From: Truepera sp.
GTDB lineage: Bacteria > Deinococcota > Deinococci > Deinococcales > Trueperaceae
NCBI GenBank assembly: GCA_965218435.1
Contig: CBDCKW010000009.1
Coordinates: 1,184,001-1,248,000, forward strand
Reading direction: 5' to 3'
Length of the DNA stretch: 64,000 nucleotides
In this document: positions 9,338 to 19,312 of the stretch, in pieces
Layout of the letters: every line of letters begins with the position of its first letter
Numbering within the stretch: position 1 is the stretch's first letter
Position numbers and translations under genes: made by a program
The notes under the pieces: model-generated
Told to the model about the DNA's origin: nothing
Databases searched by the model: none
The model's input: only the letters and a program-made list of their open reading frames with translations

Positions 9338-10684
9338 ATGTCTACTCCCTTTTACACTCTTGCCCCCGCCATGAGCAGGCGTACCCTGCTCAAACGTGTG
9401 GCCCAAGGGACGCTCGCGGTACTCGCCGGGTCTGTGCTGACGAGCTGCGTCAAAGAATCCAGGGCACCTGAACCTGAAGTGCCGCTACCTGACAGACGTG
9501 CTTGGAAAGTGCTTGACAACACCATCCGCAACTGATGGGACGGCGACCAAAAAGACGCGTTAGACGCTGCTCCCGAAGGCACTTTATTATTTTTGCCTTA
9601 CCCTTATCTGACCCCAGCGGGTAGCGAAGCCGCTTTTGACGAGATGTACGGTTGGGACACTCACTTCATCAACCTGGGGTTGCTTGCGCACGGACGCCTA
9701 GACCTGGTGCAAAACCATATTTTGAACCACCTCTATATGATAGAGCGTTACGGCAAGGTCTTAAACGGCAACCGAACCTACTACTTGGGGCGTTCGCAAC
9801 CGCCTCTTTTAGCTGATACGGTGCGGCGGTTTTTACACGCGGGCGGCGCGGCCGAGGTCGTTCACCAAGCCTATCCGCTCCTGCAAAAAGAGTACCGAGG
9901 GTACTGGGGAGCCGAGCATCACCAGACGCCGGTTGGACTCTCCACCAACCGCGATTTACTCGCTTCGCCGCTGCGTCCGGCACTCGCAGCCGAAGCGGAA
10001 ACCGGGCTCGACTTTACGCCCATCTATGGGGGCGACGTGCGTGAATGCGTTCCGCTACTGACCAATTGTGCGTTGGTACGCTACGCCGAAGCACTTTCTG
10101 ACATTGCCGAGGCGCTTGGTGACGCTCCAGGTGTAGTGACGTGGCGGCGTGAAGCGCAGCGGCGCACCGAGCAGCTGCGGACACTCTGTTGGGATGAGCA
10201 GACCGGGTTTTTTCGCGAGTACAACTACGCGCTCAAAAAACGGTTGCCCTACCGCTCGCTTTGCGCGTACTGGACACTCTGGGCCGGGGTTGCCACGCCG
10301 GAGCAGGCAGCGTCATTGGTTTTACAACTCGGAGACTTCGAGATGGCGCACGGTCTTAGCGTAACGGATCAAACTTACGCCAGCCCGCACCCCGAGTTTG
10401 GGAACTTGCAGTGGGCGTACCCACTCGGTTGGCCGCCGCTACACCTGATCGCCGTTGAAGGGTTGGCCCGTTACGGCTACCAAAAAGAAGCAGAACGTAT
10501 CAGCCGCAGATTCGTCGGGCTGATGCTGCACCACTATGAAAAGACGGGCAAGTTATGGGAGAAGTACAACGTCGTTACGGGTGGGCTCGAGTTCCCCGTA
10601 GAGCGTTACCCGAGCGTGCCGTTTCACGGCTGGTCGTCAGCGGCGGCGGTTGTGCTGGGCAACAGGGTCTTTGGGCAATTATGA
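9338..10684 (+). pseudogene. GH37 trehalase-family Tat lipoprotein interrupted by an in-frame TGA at 9533-9535
   Basis: SRRTLLK Tat motif and LTSC lipobox lie in the same frame as EMYGWD, NGNRTYYLGRSQPP, AETGLD, QWAYPLGWPP and WEKYNV. A single TGA separates the two parts. Confidence 0.8.
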
Positions 10685-10927
10685 GAACCACTATAAAAGC
10701 GACCCGCTTCCGGGTTACCCCGTAAAGAGGTAACGCCGCACCGCCGCTGCTTCCCGGCGGCAAAAGTAGCCCAGCCGACTTCGGTTTATCCGGGCAGAGA
10801 TAGCTGCACCAACAGAGGACTTGCGTAGAGCACTTGACAATTTAGAGGCGACAACATCGTCCTCAAGTCGGCTGCTCTAACCGCGGCGACCTTCCTAACA
10901 TAGGCGACCTTCCCAACACAGCTGTAG

Positions 10928-12004
10928 CTAGACAAGCCCGCGTTCTCTCGCCCAGACCACCGCCTCAACTCGGGAATGGACGTTTAGCTTGCTGTAGATA
11001 ACCGCGAGGTGGTTACGCACCGTTTGCACTTTGATACCCAGCTCGGCGGCGATGGCCTGGTTGCTAAGCCCCTGAGCCACCAGCACTAAAACCTCTTGTT
11101 CACGCCGAGACAACGCGACCTGCTCGAGCGTTTCGGCGTGCCCCCCCACATGAATACGGTTAAGCTGCTCGATCAGGCTGCGGCTAAACCAGGTCGTGTC
11201 GTTCATGACCGTCTGGATGGCCCGGTGCAGCTCGCTTTCGCTGCGTTTACGTTCGGTGACGTCGTAAAAGATATGGAGCAAAATCCGTTCGCCTGCTACG
11301 GTCAGGGGTTTAGCCGAGCCGATGATGTGGCGCTCGTCGCCCCCTTTCGTCCGCAAACTGAGGTCTAAGTTATGAAACTCACCTTGCGCTTTAAGTGCGC
11401 TCTGGATACGCCCCTGGTCTCCCTCTGACGACCACAGCTGCAGCTCGCGGCTCGAGCGCCCGACAACTTCACTGCGAGCGTAGCCGGTAAGCACTTCAAA
11501 GCTTTCGTTGACCTCGGTCAACCGCTGCTTCGTGTCAAGCAGGGTGATCGGGACGGGGGCGAGCTTGAACACCTGGGCGAACAGTTCCTGAGCGTGCTCG
11601 AGTTCGGTCACATCGGTAAAGGTAAAGATGCCGCACGCTCCGGCGTCCAGCTCGATAGCTTTGGCGCTAACCTGGACGACGCGCTCACCCTGGCTGGTGG
11701 AGCACACCGCTAACGTCTCTTTAGAGGTCGCCTCGCCCTGTCTGAGGTTTTCTACGATGCGCTCAAACTTACCAGCGTCCCGGTTGGGAAACAACCTAAG
11801 TTCGGGGATGCGCCGACCCTTAACCTTGGCGTTAGGCCGCCCGGTGATTTCAGGCAGTCCGGGGTTGGTCTCGAGCACCTGTTGATCCGAGAGCCGGACG
11901 ATCATCGCCGGAGCCGGGTTCGCGTCGAAGGCGATTTGAAACCGTGCTTGCGCCTCATCGCGTTCTTGGCGGGCTTGCACTGAACCACCCGTGTCCGGGG
12001 TCAT
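10928..12004 (-). CDS. PAS-PAS-LuxR HTH transcriptional regulator
   Basis: Two PAS-like segments and a LuxR HTH (LSRREQEVL...GLSNQAIA...TVRNH). The best RBS precedes an out-of-frame ATG at 12038, so the 5' end may be damaged. Confidence 0.88.
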   Translation of the reverse strand: MTPDTGGSVQARQERDEAQARFQIAFDANPAPAMIVRLSDQQVLETNPGLPEITGRPNAKVKGRRIPELRLFPNRDAGKFERIVENLRQGEATSKETLAVCSTSQGERVVQVSAKAIELDAGACGIFTFTDVTELEHAQELFAQVFKLAPVPITLLDTKQRLTEVNESFEVLTGYARSEVVGRSSRELQLWSSEGDQGRIQSALKAQGEFHNLDLSLRTKGGDERHIIGSAKPLTVAGERILLHIFYDVTERKRSESELHRAIQTVMNDTTWFSRSLIEQLNRIHVGGHAETLEQVALSRREQEVLVLVAQGLSNQAIAAELGIKVQTVRNHLAVIYSKLNVHSRVEAVVWARERGLV

Positions 12005-12228
12005 GCTGTACTCAGGGCCATGTCGTACCCAGTGTCATGCCTGCCTCCTGATAGGTTACGCCGTTATGCCCCCTGGGTTTTGCCGCCTCTACTTATTCTA
12101 ACAAGCGAAATAGGCCAAACGTCTACCCGGAGGTCGGGCGTAAAGCAGCGCGGCTGAGTAAAGCGCTGAGACTATAAAAGTCAAATCCGCCGCTAACACC
12201 TGACGGCTAAAACCTGACGGAGCTTTCG

Positions 12229-12480
12229 TCAGCTTCGCTGGATCAGCTGTGTAACTGTTTGTGACGAGAGCATTCTACCTTGTAACGAATAGCACCTGGA
12301 CTGGGTTGAGCTCGAGTCCTTTTGGCAGGCGCTGCGAAACGCTACGGTGACGCCCGGAGGGTCTTTCCAGCGGTCAAAACGCAAGCTTTGGGCGACCAAG
12401 GGCAGAGCGGTAGGAAGCTGATAATGGGCCAAGCGTTCGTCCATCTCGGCTTCGCTCATGGACACCACCCGAAAGCTCAT
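12229..12480 (-). CDS. Small hypothetical protein
   Basis: GGAG upstream of ATG, 83 aa, no recognisable family. Confidence 0.35.
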   Translation of the reverse strand: MSFRVVSMSEAEMDERLAHYQLPTALPLVAQSLRFDRWKDPPGVTVAFRSACQKDSSSTQSRCYSLQGRMLSSQTVTQLIQRS

Positions 12481-12824
12481 TTTGGTGTTTTCTCCTTAAC
12501 CCGTACCAAGTATCTCGTTTTAGCTCAGCACAATCCGTTTTGTTCTAGCCGCGCCCATAGAGTACTTAAGCAGTTAGAGGCTACGCTAATCACATCACCC
12601 CATAATGTGCGTGCTCGACAGTTTAGCTGAACATGGTTGCGTCTGTTCCCAAATAGTACCTGCTATACCTGCCGTAAAATCGCAGCTCATAACTTTGCTC
12701 ATCTCTTTATCCCTTAGCAGCCGCGGTAAGTTATACTTTCGTGTCCGTTTAGCCCCTGTCAACTCCAAAAAACAGCATGTAAGGGCTAGGCTGCTAGCGT
12801 TGACCAACATTTAAGGAGTGCGAC

Positions 12825-13343
12825 ATGGAAACAGACATTCGGCAAAGGGCCGTAGAGCTGCTCGAGCGTTCAGGAACGGTGTTGCAACTTGAAGAAGTGC
12901 AGAACATGGAGGTCGCCGAGCTTGGCCTAAACGATTTCAAAATTCAGGGTTTGTTTCTCGTCGTATACGTCAACAACGACCGCTACTGCGCCAAAGAACT
13001 CGTACTGTTACCCCGGCAGACCTGCCCGCAACACCGCCATCCGCCGACCCGTTACGGCGAAGGCAAAATGGAGACGTTTCGCTGCCGCTGGGGTAAAGTC
13101 TGGCTCTACGTCGAAGGTGAACAGACGCCGGTTCAGGCCACGGTACCCGACAAGAGCGCCGAATACTACACGGTGTTTCACGAAGTCGAACTCAACCCCG
13201 GCGAGCAGTACACTATCCCTCCCAACACCTGGCACTGGTTTCAGGGGGCTGACGAAGGGGCCGTGGTGTCGGAATTCTCGAGCCCCAGCCACGACGAGTT
13301 CGACGAGTTTACCGACCCTGGGGTTCAGCGGGTGGCGGAGTAG
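12825..13343 (+). CDS. D-lyxose/D-mannose family cupin sugar isomerase
   Basis: YCAKEL, QTCPQHRHP, GKMETF, WHWF and VSEFS motifs. AAGGAG RBS. Confidence 0.9.
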   Translation: METDIRQRAVELLERSGTVLQLEEVQNMEVAELGLNDFKIQGLFLVVYVNNDRYCAKELVLLPRQTCPQHRHPPTRYGEGKMETFRCRWGKVWLYVEGEQTPVQATVPDKSAEYYTVFHEVELNPGEQYTIPPNTWHWFQGADEGAVVSEFSSPSHDEFDEFTDPGVQRVAE

Positions 13344-13507
13344 CGGCGGTTGGCGCAACCTCAGCCGGGAGCGTCTGTCATGGGTATTTGTGGGAAGCGA
13401 GCATCAAGAAGTCAGAGTAAAGAGTACAAAACACCTCTCATGTGCTCAAAGCCTGACGCACTTAAAATCCGCTGACAAAAGTTCAAGTTAACGTAACCTG
13501 AGTAGAA

Positions 13508-13537
13508 AGCGCGTCCTTAACCTCTCTAGGACGCGCT
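13508..13537. terminator. Hairpin between convergent isomerase and lacD-like genes
   Basis: AGCGCGTCCT...AGGACGCGCT inverted repeat. Confidence 0.6.
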
Positions 13538-13564
13538 CAGTATAGGTAGGAACCAGCTCGAGCC

Positions 13565-14572
13565 CTACTCGGTAATCGTAAGCTCGTCCAGACCACCGTA
13601 GGTGTCAAACCAAGGTTTTGCGTAGCGGTCAATGACGCCGTTAAGCATCTCAATATTGGCGACGCCGTGCTCTTGAAGGTAGCTCGCCATCTTGTCTTTG
13701 CCCTCGTGGGCGTAGACCGAGATGCCCCCTTTCCAGGTTGCGCGCCCGCAAAGCACGCCGCTATAGGGGACGCCGTGCTCCCCGGCCAGCTCTAACATCT
13801 CAGCAAAAATCTTCATGTCTACCCCGGCCGACAGGTAGATAAAGGGGCGTTTGGCAAGCTCGGCCGCCTTTTGAAAGTGCTCAGCGGCTTCGTCGCGGCT
13901 GAATAGTGCCTGTTGCGGCGGTGTGCTTAGGCCCTCAACATATTTGCCCGACACCGGCATCTCGACCTTGAGCACGTCCACGCCGTAACGGTCTTTGGAG
14001 AATTCGCGGATGGTCTCGCAGACGTACTCGGGCTGTTTGGCGGCGAACTCGGCCGCGTCCGGCAACGCGTCGTCGTAGGTGACGGGCTCGAGGAAGAGTG
14101 GCAGACTGAGTGCTTCACATTCAGCCCCGACCCGTTCGACAAAGGCGTGTTTGACCTCGTTGATCTCATCGCCCTCAAAGGGGTTGTAGTAGACGAGCAG
14201 TTTCACGCCCGTTGCCCCGGCTTCTTGCAGGCGGCGCACGCTCCACCCCGCCGCGAGGTCGGGTAGACGCCCAGGCTTCGAGTTGTCGTAGCCGCTCTCT
14301 TCATACGCCAAAAGCAAGCCTGCATTTTCAGCGCGGGCGCGGCTCGCCGCTAAACCGTACTGCGGATCGAGTAAAATCGCCGACGCGTAAGGCGTCAAGA
14401 CCTCGGTAACGACCGTTTTGAACTCTTCTAGTTGGGCATCATCGAAGGTGTCACCGTCGGCTTGAAGCGCCTTGCGGAGCGAGCCGCGCTGATCCATCGC
14501 CAGCGCCGCAATCACGCCGCTGGGCCGCGCACACGCCTGAAGGTTGTCGAATTTTCGCTGAGTGATCTGCAT
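13565..14572 (-). CDS. lacD: Tagatose-1,6-bisphosphate aldolase (LacD family)
   Basis: ALAMDQRGSL, ASAILLDP, LAYEESGYD, VDVLKVE, PFIYLSAGV and GVLCGRATW. Confidence 0.92.
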   Translation of the reverse strand: MQITQRKFDNLQACARPSGVIAALAMDQRGSLRKALQADGDTFDDAQLEEFKTVVTEVLTPYASAILLDPQYGLAASRARAENAGLLLAYEESGYDNSKPGRLPDLAAGWSVRRLQEAGATGVKLLVYYNPFEGDEINEVKHAFVERVGAECEALSLPLFLEPVTYDDALPDAAEFAAKQPEYVCETIREFSKDRYGVDVLKVEMPVSGKYVEGLSTPPQQALFSRDEAAEHFQKAAELAKRPFIYLSAGVDMKIFAEMLELAGEHGVPYSGVLCGRATWKGGISVYAHEGKDKMASYLQEHGVANIEMLNGVIDRYAKPWFDTYGGLDELTITE

Positions 14573-14586
14573 GGGGTATCCCTTCG

Positions 14587-15513
14587 TTACAAGTCATCTA
14601 TCTGGTCGTAAGCAAGTGAGGCCGAGGTCGGACCGAACGCCGTGACCGAGCGTGCGCCGACGGCGTTGGCAAACCGGGCGGCTTGGAGCGGGGCCGCGCC
14701 TCTAAGTGACGCTACCGCAAACCCGGCAGCGAAGCAGTCGCCCGCGCCGGTCGGGTCAACCTCCTGAACGCTAAAGCCCGGAATGTACCGTACCTCATCA
14801 GCTGTATAAAGTGTACAGCCCTCAGCCCCGCGTTTTAGAAGCACGGTGCTCGCACCTTCTACAAGTGCGCGGCACGCCTCGTCGGGGTCGGCCAAGCCGG
14901 TCAGCTGCTCCGCTTCGGCGCGGCTCGGCAAAATCACGTCGGCAGCGTCTAGGACGGGGCGGCAAACCTCGCTTAAAGCCTGGTCGGGAAACAGTTCAGG
15001 GCGGACATTGGGGTCAAAACTGACGGTTGCGCCCCTAGCCTTCGCCTTATCAACGGCAGCGAAGACAGCCTGACGCACCGACTCGGAGACGCCTAAAGAC
15101 GAACCGGTCACGTGCAGCCAGCCTACATCTCTAAATAGTTCCGGTGCGAGGTCAGCCGGGGACAGCTGCGCCGCCGCAGTGCGCCTCAGGTAAAAGAGAA
15201 ACTCACGGTCGCCCGCCCCGTCGTAACTGACAAACGCCGCGCCCGTTTCGTAGTCAGGAGCCGTGCGCACATAAAGCTCAACGCCCGCTTCTTGCAAATG
15301 CCCCCGACACAGCGTCCCAAAAGGGTCGTTGCCACACACCCCGGCAAACCGCACCCGCGCACCCAGCCGCGCCGCCGCCCACGCGAAAATCGCGGGTGCG
15401 CCCGACGCATAAGGGCCGAGGAAAGTGCCGGAGACGCCCAGCGGCTCATCTTTATCCGCCCTCATGATCTCAACGAGCAGCTCGCCGAGGCTGACGATGA
15501 CGCCGCTAGCCAT
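14587..15513 (-). CDS. PfkB-family sugar kinase
   Basis: GELLVEIMR, SGAPAIFA, SFDPNVR and DPTGAGDCF. Confidence 0.92.
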   Translation of the reverse strand: MASGVIVSLGELLVEIMRADKDEPLGVSGTFLGPYASGAPAIFAWAAARLGARVRFAGVCGNDPFGTLCRGHLQEAGVELYVRTAPDYETGAAFVSYDGAGDREFLFYLRRTAAAQLSPADLAPELFRDVGWLHVTGSSLGVSESVRQAVFAAVDKAKARGATVSFDPNVRPELFPDQALSEVCRPVLDAADVILPSRAEAEQLTGLADPDEACRALVEGASTVLLKRGAEGCTLYTADEVRYIPGFSVQEVDPTGAGDCFAAGFAVASLRGAAPLQAARFANAVGARSVTAFGPTSASLAYDQIDDL

Positions 15514-16477
15514 CCGTATTTACCCTTTGCAGCAGTACCTGAGCGCCATAGAGTGAGGCCCTCGAGCCCAACTCGGCCCACCGCAACGTTACGGTTTCAG
15601 ACGGAATAGGGCGGCGCAGATGGGCGTAAAACGTCTCCCGAAAGTGTTCTTTGGGAAACCCGGGCATCTCCATCACGCCGCCACCGACGAGCGCCACCTC
15701 CGGGTGAAACAAGTTGACGCCGGTTGAGAGCGTCCGCGCCAAGTCGTCAACAAAGGTGCAAAGTATCGGTTCTAAGTCAGAGCGCACCAAACCCTGAGCA
15801 AAAATCTCGCCGACACTGAGCTGTGCCGCATTAGCGATTTGGTTTAAGACACTCCCGCACGCATAGGCTTCAACACAGTCTACGTTGCCGCAAACGCACA
15901 CCCGACCTTCAGCCCGAATAGGGATGTGACCGAGCTCGAGCGCCGCCCCCGTCGCGCCGCGGTAAGGTTCACCGGAGTCCAAATAACAACCTCCGACGCC
16001 CGTTCCGACGAACATCCCAAAAACTGACGCCACACCTTTAACTGCGCCCGCCGTCCATTCACCGAGCGCCAAAAGATTGATGTCGCGCTCGAGCCTCACC
16101 GAGCAGCCGAGTTTTTCGCTCAACCCAGTTTTAAGCGGCGCACCCTCTAAGTTGCGGATGTTGGGACTCGAGACCGCCGTACTCAGTTCACGGTCGGGGG
16201 TAAAGGGGACGCCGATCACGACTCCGGCCAAGTCCAGCTCGTTGTGAGACACATAACGCTCAACTGCCTCAGCTAAAAACCCGATGGGTTCAGCTTGCCG
16301 TAAACGTTCGGTCGGCACCACCTCGCCAGCCGGGTGCGGCCCGTCCCTGCCGATATGCCCGAGGCGTAAGTTGGTTCCGCCCAGGTCGATCACGACGGTA
16401 CTTTTGGCGGTAGAGTTCACAGGTTCCGAGAGGTCAGCAGTCAAGGGGTCACCACGCATCATGTAAGACAATGCCAT
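15506..16477 (-). CDS. ROK-family sugar kinase (allose-kinase-like)
   Basis: IDLGGTN, ERDINL, VGTGVG, ELGH and the CxCGNxxCVE zinc motif. No HTH. Confidence 0.88.
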   Translation of the reverse strand: MALSYMMRGDPLTADLSEPVNSTAKSTVVIDLGGTNLRLGHIGRDGPHPAGEVVPTERLRQAEPIGFLAEAVERYVSHNELDLAGVVIGVPFTPDRELSTAVSSPNIRNLEGAPLKTGLSEKLGCSVRLERDINLLALGEWTAGAVKGVASVFGMFVGTGVGGCYLDSGEPYRGATGAALELGHIPIRAEGRVCVCGNVDCVEAYACGSVLNQIANAAQLSVGEIFAQGLVRSDLEPILCTFVDDLARTLSTGVNLFHPEVALVGGGVMEMPGFPKEHFRETFYAHLRRPIPSETVTLRWAELGSRASLYGAQVLLQRVNTDG

Positions 16478-16510
16478 AAAAACCGTCTCCGGTGTGTTGC
16501 TGTGCGGCGC

Positions 16511-17449
16511 TCATAATGGGTCAAATGAAAAGGGTTTGCGGAGGGGCAATTCGCTGAACGGCTCGGTCACAGCCCGCCCGCGCTGCCAGAGCGCCGCCCC
16601 GCTCTGACCCTTTTGCAGTAACCCAAACGCGGCAGTAGCTAAACGGCTGGCTAAGAGTCTATCGCTCGCACTCGGACGCCCGCCGCGCTGCGCGTGTCCG
16701 GCGCGGGAGACGCGGATGCGGGTCTCGAGCCTTGCTGAAGCCCTTTCCAGCACACCTAGCAGGTCAGGATAGCCTTCCGAAGCGACGATGAGCGCGTACC
16801 GCTGCTCGGCCACCACCTTTTGCAACAGCATGTAAATATCATCTTCGGAACGTACCTGTTCAGGAACGAGGAGTACATCAGCCCCACCCGCTTCAGCGAC
16901 CGCTTGCGCTAAAAAACCGGTGTCGCCGCCGAGGGTTTCTAAAGCGAACAACCGGGGTAATGACTCCGCCGAGTCGCGCATTCCATCAAGGAGCGTAAGG
17001 CCGGTATTGACGGCCGTGTCAAAACCGATACTCAGCTCTGAAGGGGTCACGTCGTTGTCAATCGTGCCGGGGAGCGCGGCGACGGGCAAAAAAGCGGAGA
17101 GCAGGGCAGCGGCGCGAAACGAACCGTTGCCGCCGACCACCGCGAGATGGCTGATGTTGTTCGCGGCTAAAACCTCTTTGAAGTTTGGTAAAAAGGTGTT
17201 GAAGTCAGGGAGCCTCGAGCTCCCCAAAAACGTCCCCCCGTGGCGCGTGTAGCGGGTGGTCTCGAGCGTACGAAGTGGGGTAAAGTCCGCACGTAAAAGC
17301 CCCCCGAACCCTTCACGAACGCCTAAAACTTGCCAGCGTAAGCGTTCCGCGTGGTCGATCAGCGTATGCACCGCCATGTTCATTCCCGGCGCGTCCCCCC
17401 CCGAAGTCAAAACCGCGAGCGTCGAAACCTGCAGGTCTTCTCGCGTCAT
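16511..17449 (-). CDS. PfkA-family phosphofructokinase-like kinase (divergent)
   Basis: TSGGDAPGMN, GGTFLGSSR, PGTIDND and GHAQRGG present. MGR is replaced by LGG and GGDGS by GGNGS. Confidence 0.88.
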   Translation of the reverse strand: MTREDLQVSTLAVLTSGGDAPGMNMAVHTLIDHAERLRWQVLGVREGFGGLLRADFTPLRTLETTRYTRHGGTFLGSSRLPDFNTFLPNFKEVLAANNISHLAVVGGNGSFRAAALLSAFLPVAALPGTIDNDVTPSELSIGFDTAVNTGLTLLDGMRDSAESLPRLFALETLGGDTGFLAQAVAEAGGADVLLVPEQVRSEDDIYMLLQKVVAEQRYALIVASEGYPDLLGVLERASARLETRIRVSRAGHAQRGGRPSASDRLLASRLATAAFGLLQKGQSGAALWQRGRAVTEPFSELPLRKPFSFDPL

Positions 17450-18213
17450 GCGTGGGCGCGCTGCCCCAGGCCCTCAGCTCCCATCATCAACTTGACCACC
17501 TCGTCCTCGTCGGTCTCCGTAATGGGGCGCTCGCCCGCTTTCCGGCCACGTTCTAAGACCACGATCCTATCGCTTACCGCAAAGATATCGTTCAAGTTAT
17601 GCGAGATAAAGATGATCCCGACTCCTTGGTCTTTAAGGCGGTGGATCAAATCTACAACCTCACGCTGCTCAGGAACGCCTAGCGCCGCCGTCGGTTCGTC
17701 CATAATGAGCACCTTGGCCTGCCAGTACACCGCGCGGCTGATCGCAATCGCTTGCCGCTGCCCGCCGGATAGGTCACGCACCGGCCGGTTCATCTCATCT
17801 ACGACGATGCCGAGGTCGTAGAGTGCTTTTTTCGCCTCGGCACGCATCGTTTTACGGTCTAGGTATGGCAAGCCCAAAAAGCGTTTCTGCTTTTCACGGC
17901 CCAGGAAGAGGTTGATCCCGACGTCTAGGTTGTCAGCCAAGGCCAAATCCTGATAGATCGTCTCGATTCCGGCCTCGCGCACCCCTTGCGGCGTCTGACC
18001 CACCAGCGAACGGCCCCGGTAGGTAATCTCACCACGGTCAGGTTGATGGACGCCGGAAATCATCTTGATCAGGGTGGATTTGCCCGCACCGTTGTCCCCG
18101 GCTAAGGCCAAAACCTCACCTTCATGTAACTCGAGCGATACCCCTTGCACCGCGTAGGTGCCGCCAAAGCGTTTGTAAACGTCGTTGACTTCTAGCAGAG
18201 CTGTTTTTGTCAT
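17446..18213 (-). CDS. Sugar ABC transporter ATP-binding protein (single domain)
   Basis: GDNGAGKST, LSGGQRQ and IMDEPT. Confidence 0.93.
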   Translation of the reverse strand: MTKTALLEVNDVYKRFGGTYAVQGVSLELHEGEVLALAGDNGAGKSTLIKMISGVHQPDRGEITYRGRSLVGQTPQGVREAGIETIYQDLALADNLDVGINLFLGREKQKRFLGLPYLDRKTMRAEAKKALYDLGIVVDEMNRPVRDLSGGQRQAIAISRAVYWQAKVLIMDEPTAALGVPEQREVVDLIHRLKDQGVGIIFISHNLNDIFAVSDRIVVLERGRKAGERPITETDEDEVVKLMMGAEGLGQRAHA

Positions 18214-19235
18214 GTCAACCTAGCCAAGCGGTCGCGCGACTGATCAATTAAAACCGCGACGATAATAACAAGCCCGACCGCCACGAACTGATAGTAAGGC
18301 GGGACGTTGATAAACACCAAGCCGAACTGAATTACTGCGATAATCAGCGACCCGATGACCGTTCCGCTGATCGTGCCGCTCCCTCCGGTCAAACTTGCAC
18401 CCCCGATAAAGACAGCGGCCACCGCGTAGAGTAGAACAGGTTCGCCTGCTTCGACCGCGCCCGCTGAAAACCGAGAGGTATAGATGATTCCGGCAGCTCC
18501 GGCGGTCAGGGCGCTCATTACATACAAGATCAGCGTGTGGCGCTTCGTAGCGACGCCTGCTCGCACCGCTGCGTTGAGGTTGCCGCCCATCGCGTAGGTA
18601 TAGAGCCCGAACTTGGTCTGTGACAAGAGGTACCGAAACACCAGCGTAAAGACGACGGCGACGAGCACCGGAACCGGGATGACGTTAAAAACGGTGCCGT
18701 TCCCGAATTCGGTCGCCACCGGGTTACTGATCGCAACCGTGCCGCCGCCTGCGACCAGATACGCCATGCCCCTAGCAATCCCGTACATGCCCAACGTGCC
18801 GATAAACGATGGGACGCCCAGCCTCGAGATCATCCAACCGTTGACCAGACCGGGCACCGCTGCCACGATCAGCGCGACGACGAGGCCGACCAAAAACCCT
18901 AAGAGCGGCGGTTGTGCGGCGAGGGCGCGGATCACCACGGCCATCGTGACAGCGGCGAGACCTGCGGTAAAAGCGATGGACAAGTCAATCCCCGCCGAGA
19001 TAATCACAAAGGTCAGACCGAGCGCAATTAGCAAAATCTGTGTCGCCGCCAGCAAAATACTTTGGACACTGTAAAGACGGCCCAAAAAGGTGCCGCCGTA
19101 ACTCACGCGCGCCCACACCTCAAAAAAGATCAGCACCATGAGTAAAAATAACCACGACCAGGCCCCGGTCAGCGCCTTTAAGAACTGCACGCGGCGGTTT
19201 GGGCGGGTGCGTTCGGCGGGCACGCTACGCGCCAC
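18210..19235 (-). CDS. Sugar ABC transporter permease (RbsC-like)
   Basis: GIDLS, multiple TM helices and AVFIGGASLTGG. Confidence 0.93.
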   Translation of the reverse strand: MARSVPAERTRPNRRVQFLKALTGAWSWLFLLMVLIFFEVWARVSYGGTFLGRLYSVQSILLAATQILLIALGLTFVIISAGIDLSIAFTAGLAAVTMAVVIRALAAQPPLLGFLVGLVVALIVAAVPGLVNGWMISRLGVPSFIGTLGMYGIARGMAYLVAGGGTVAISNPVATEFGNGTVFNVIPVPVLVAVVFTLVFRYLLSQTKFGLYTYAMGGNLNAAVRAGVATKRHTLILYVMSALTAGAAGIIYTSRFSAGAVEAGEPVLLYAVAAVFIGGASLTGGSGTISGTVIGSLIIAVIQFGLVFINVPPYYQFVAVGLVIIVAVLIDQSRDRLARLT

Positions 19236-19312
19236 GACCGCCTCCTAATGCAACCATAACGTCCTTTCAAAGATGGGGAGGCTGAACCTCCCCACACGGC
19301 TCTTCCGAACAG

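Noticed and set aside
9533..9535. Selenocysteine or TGA=Trp recoding
   Set aside because: The context suggests Trp rather than Cys, there is no evident SECIS hairpin, and TGA is a normal stop in many genes here.
10885..10920. 18-bp tandem duplication (GGCGACCTTCCYAACAYA x2) as a CRISPR remnant
   Set aside because: Only two adjacent units, no spacers and no cas genes.
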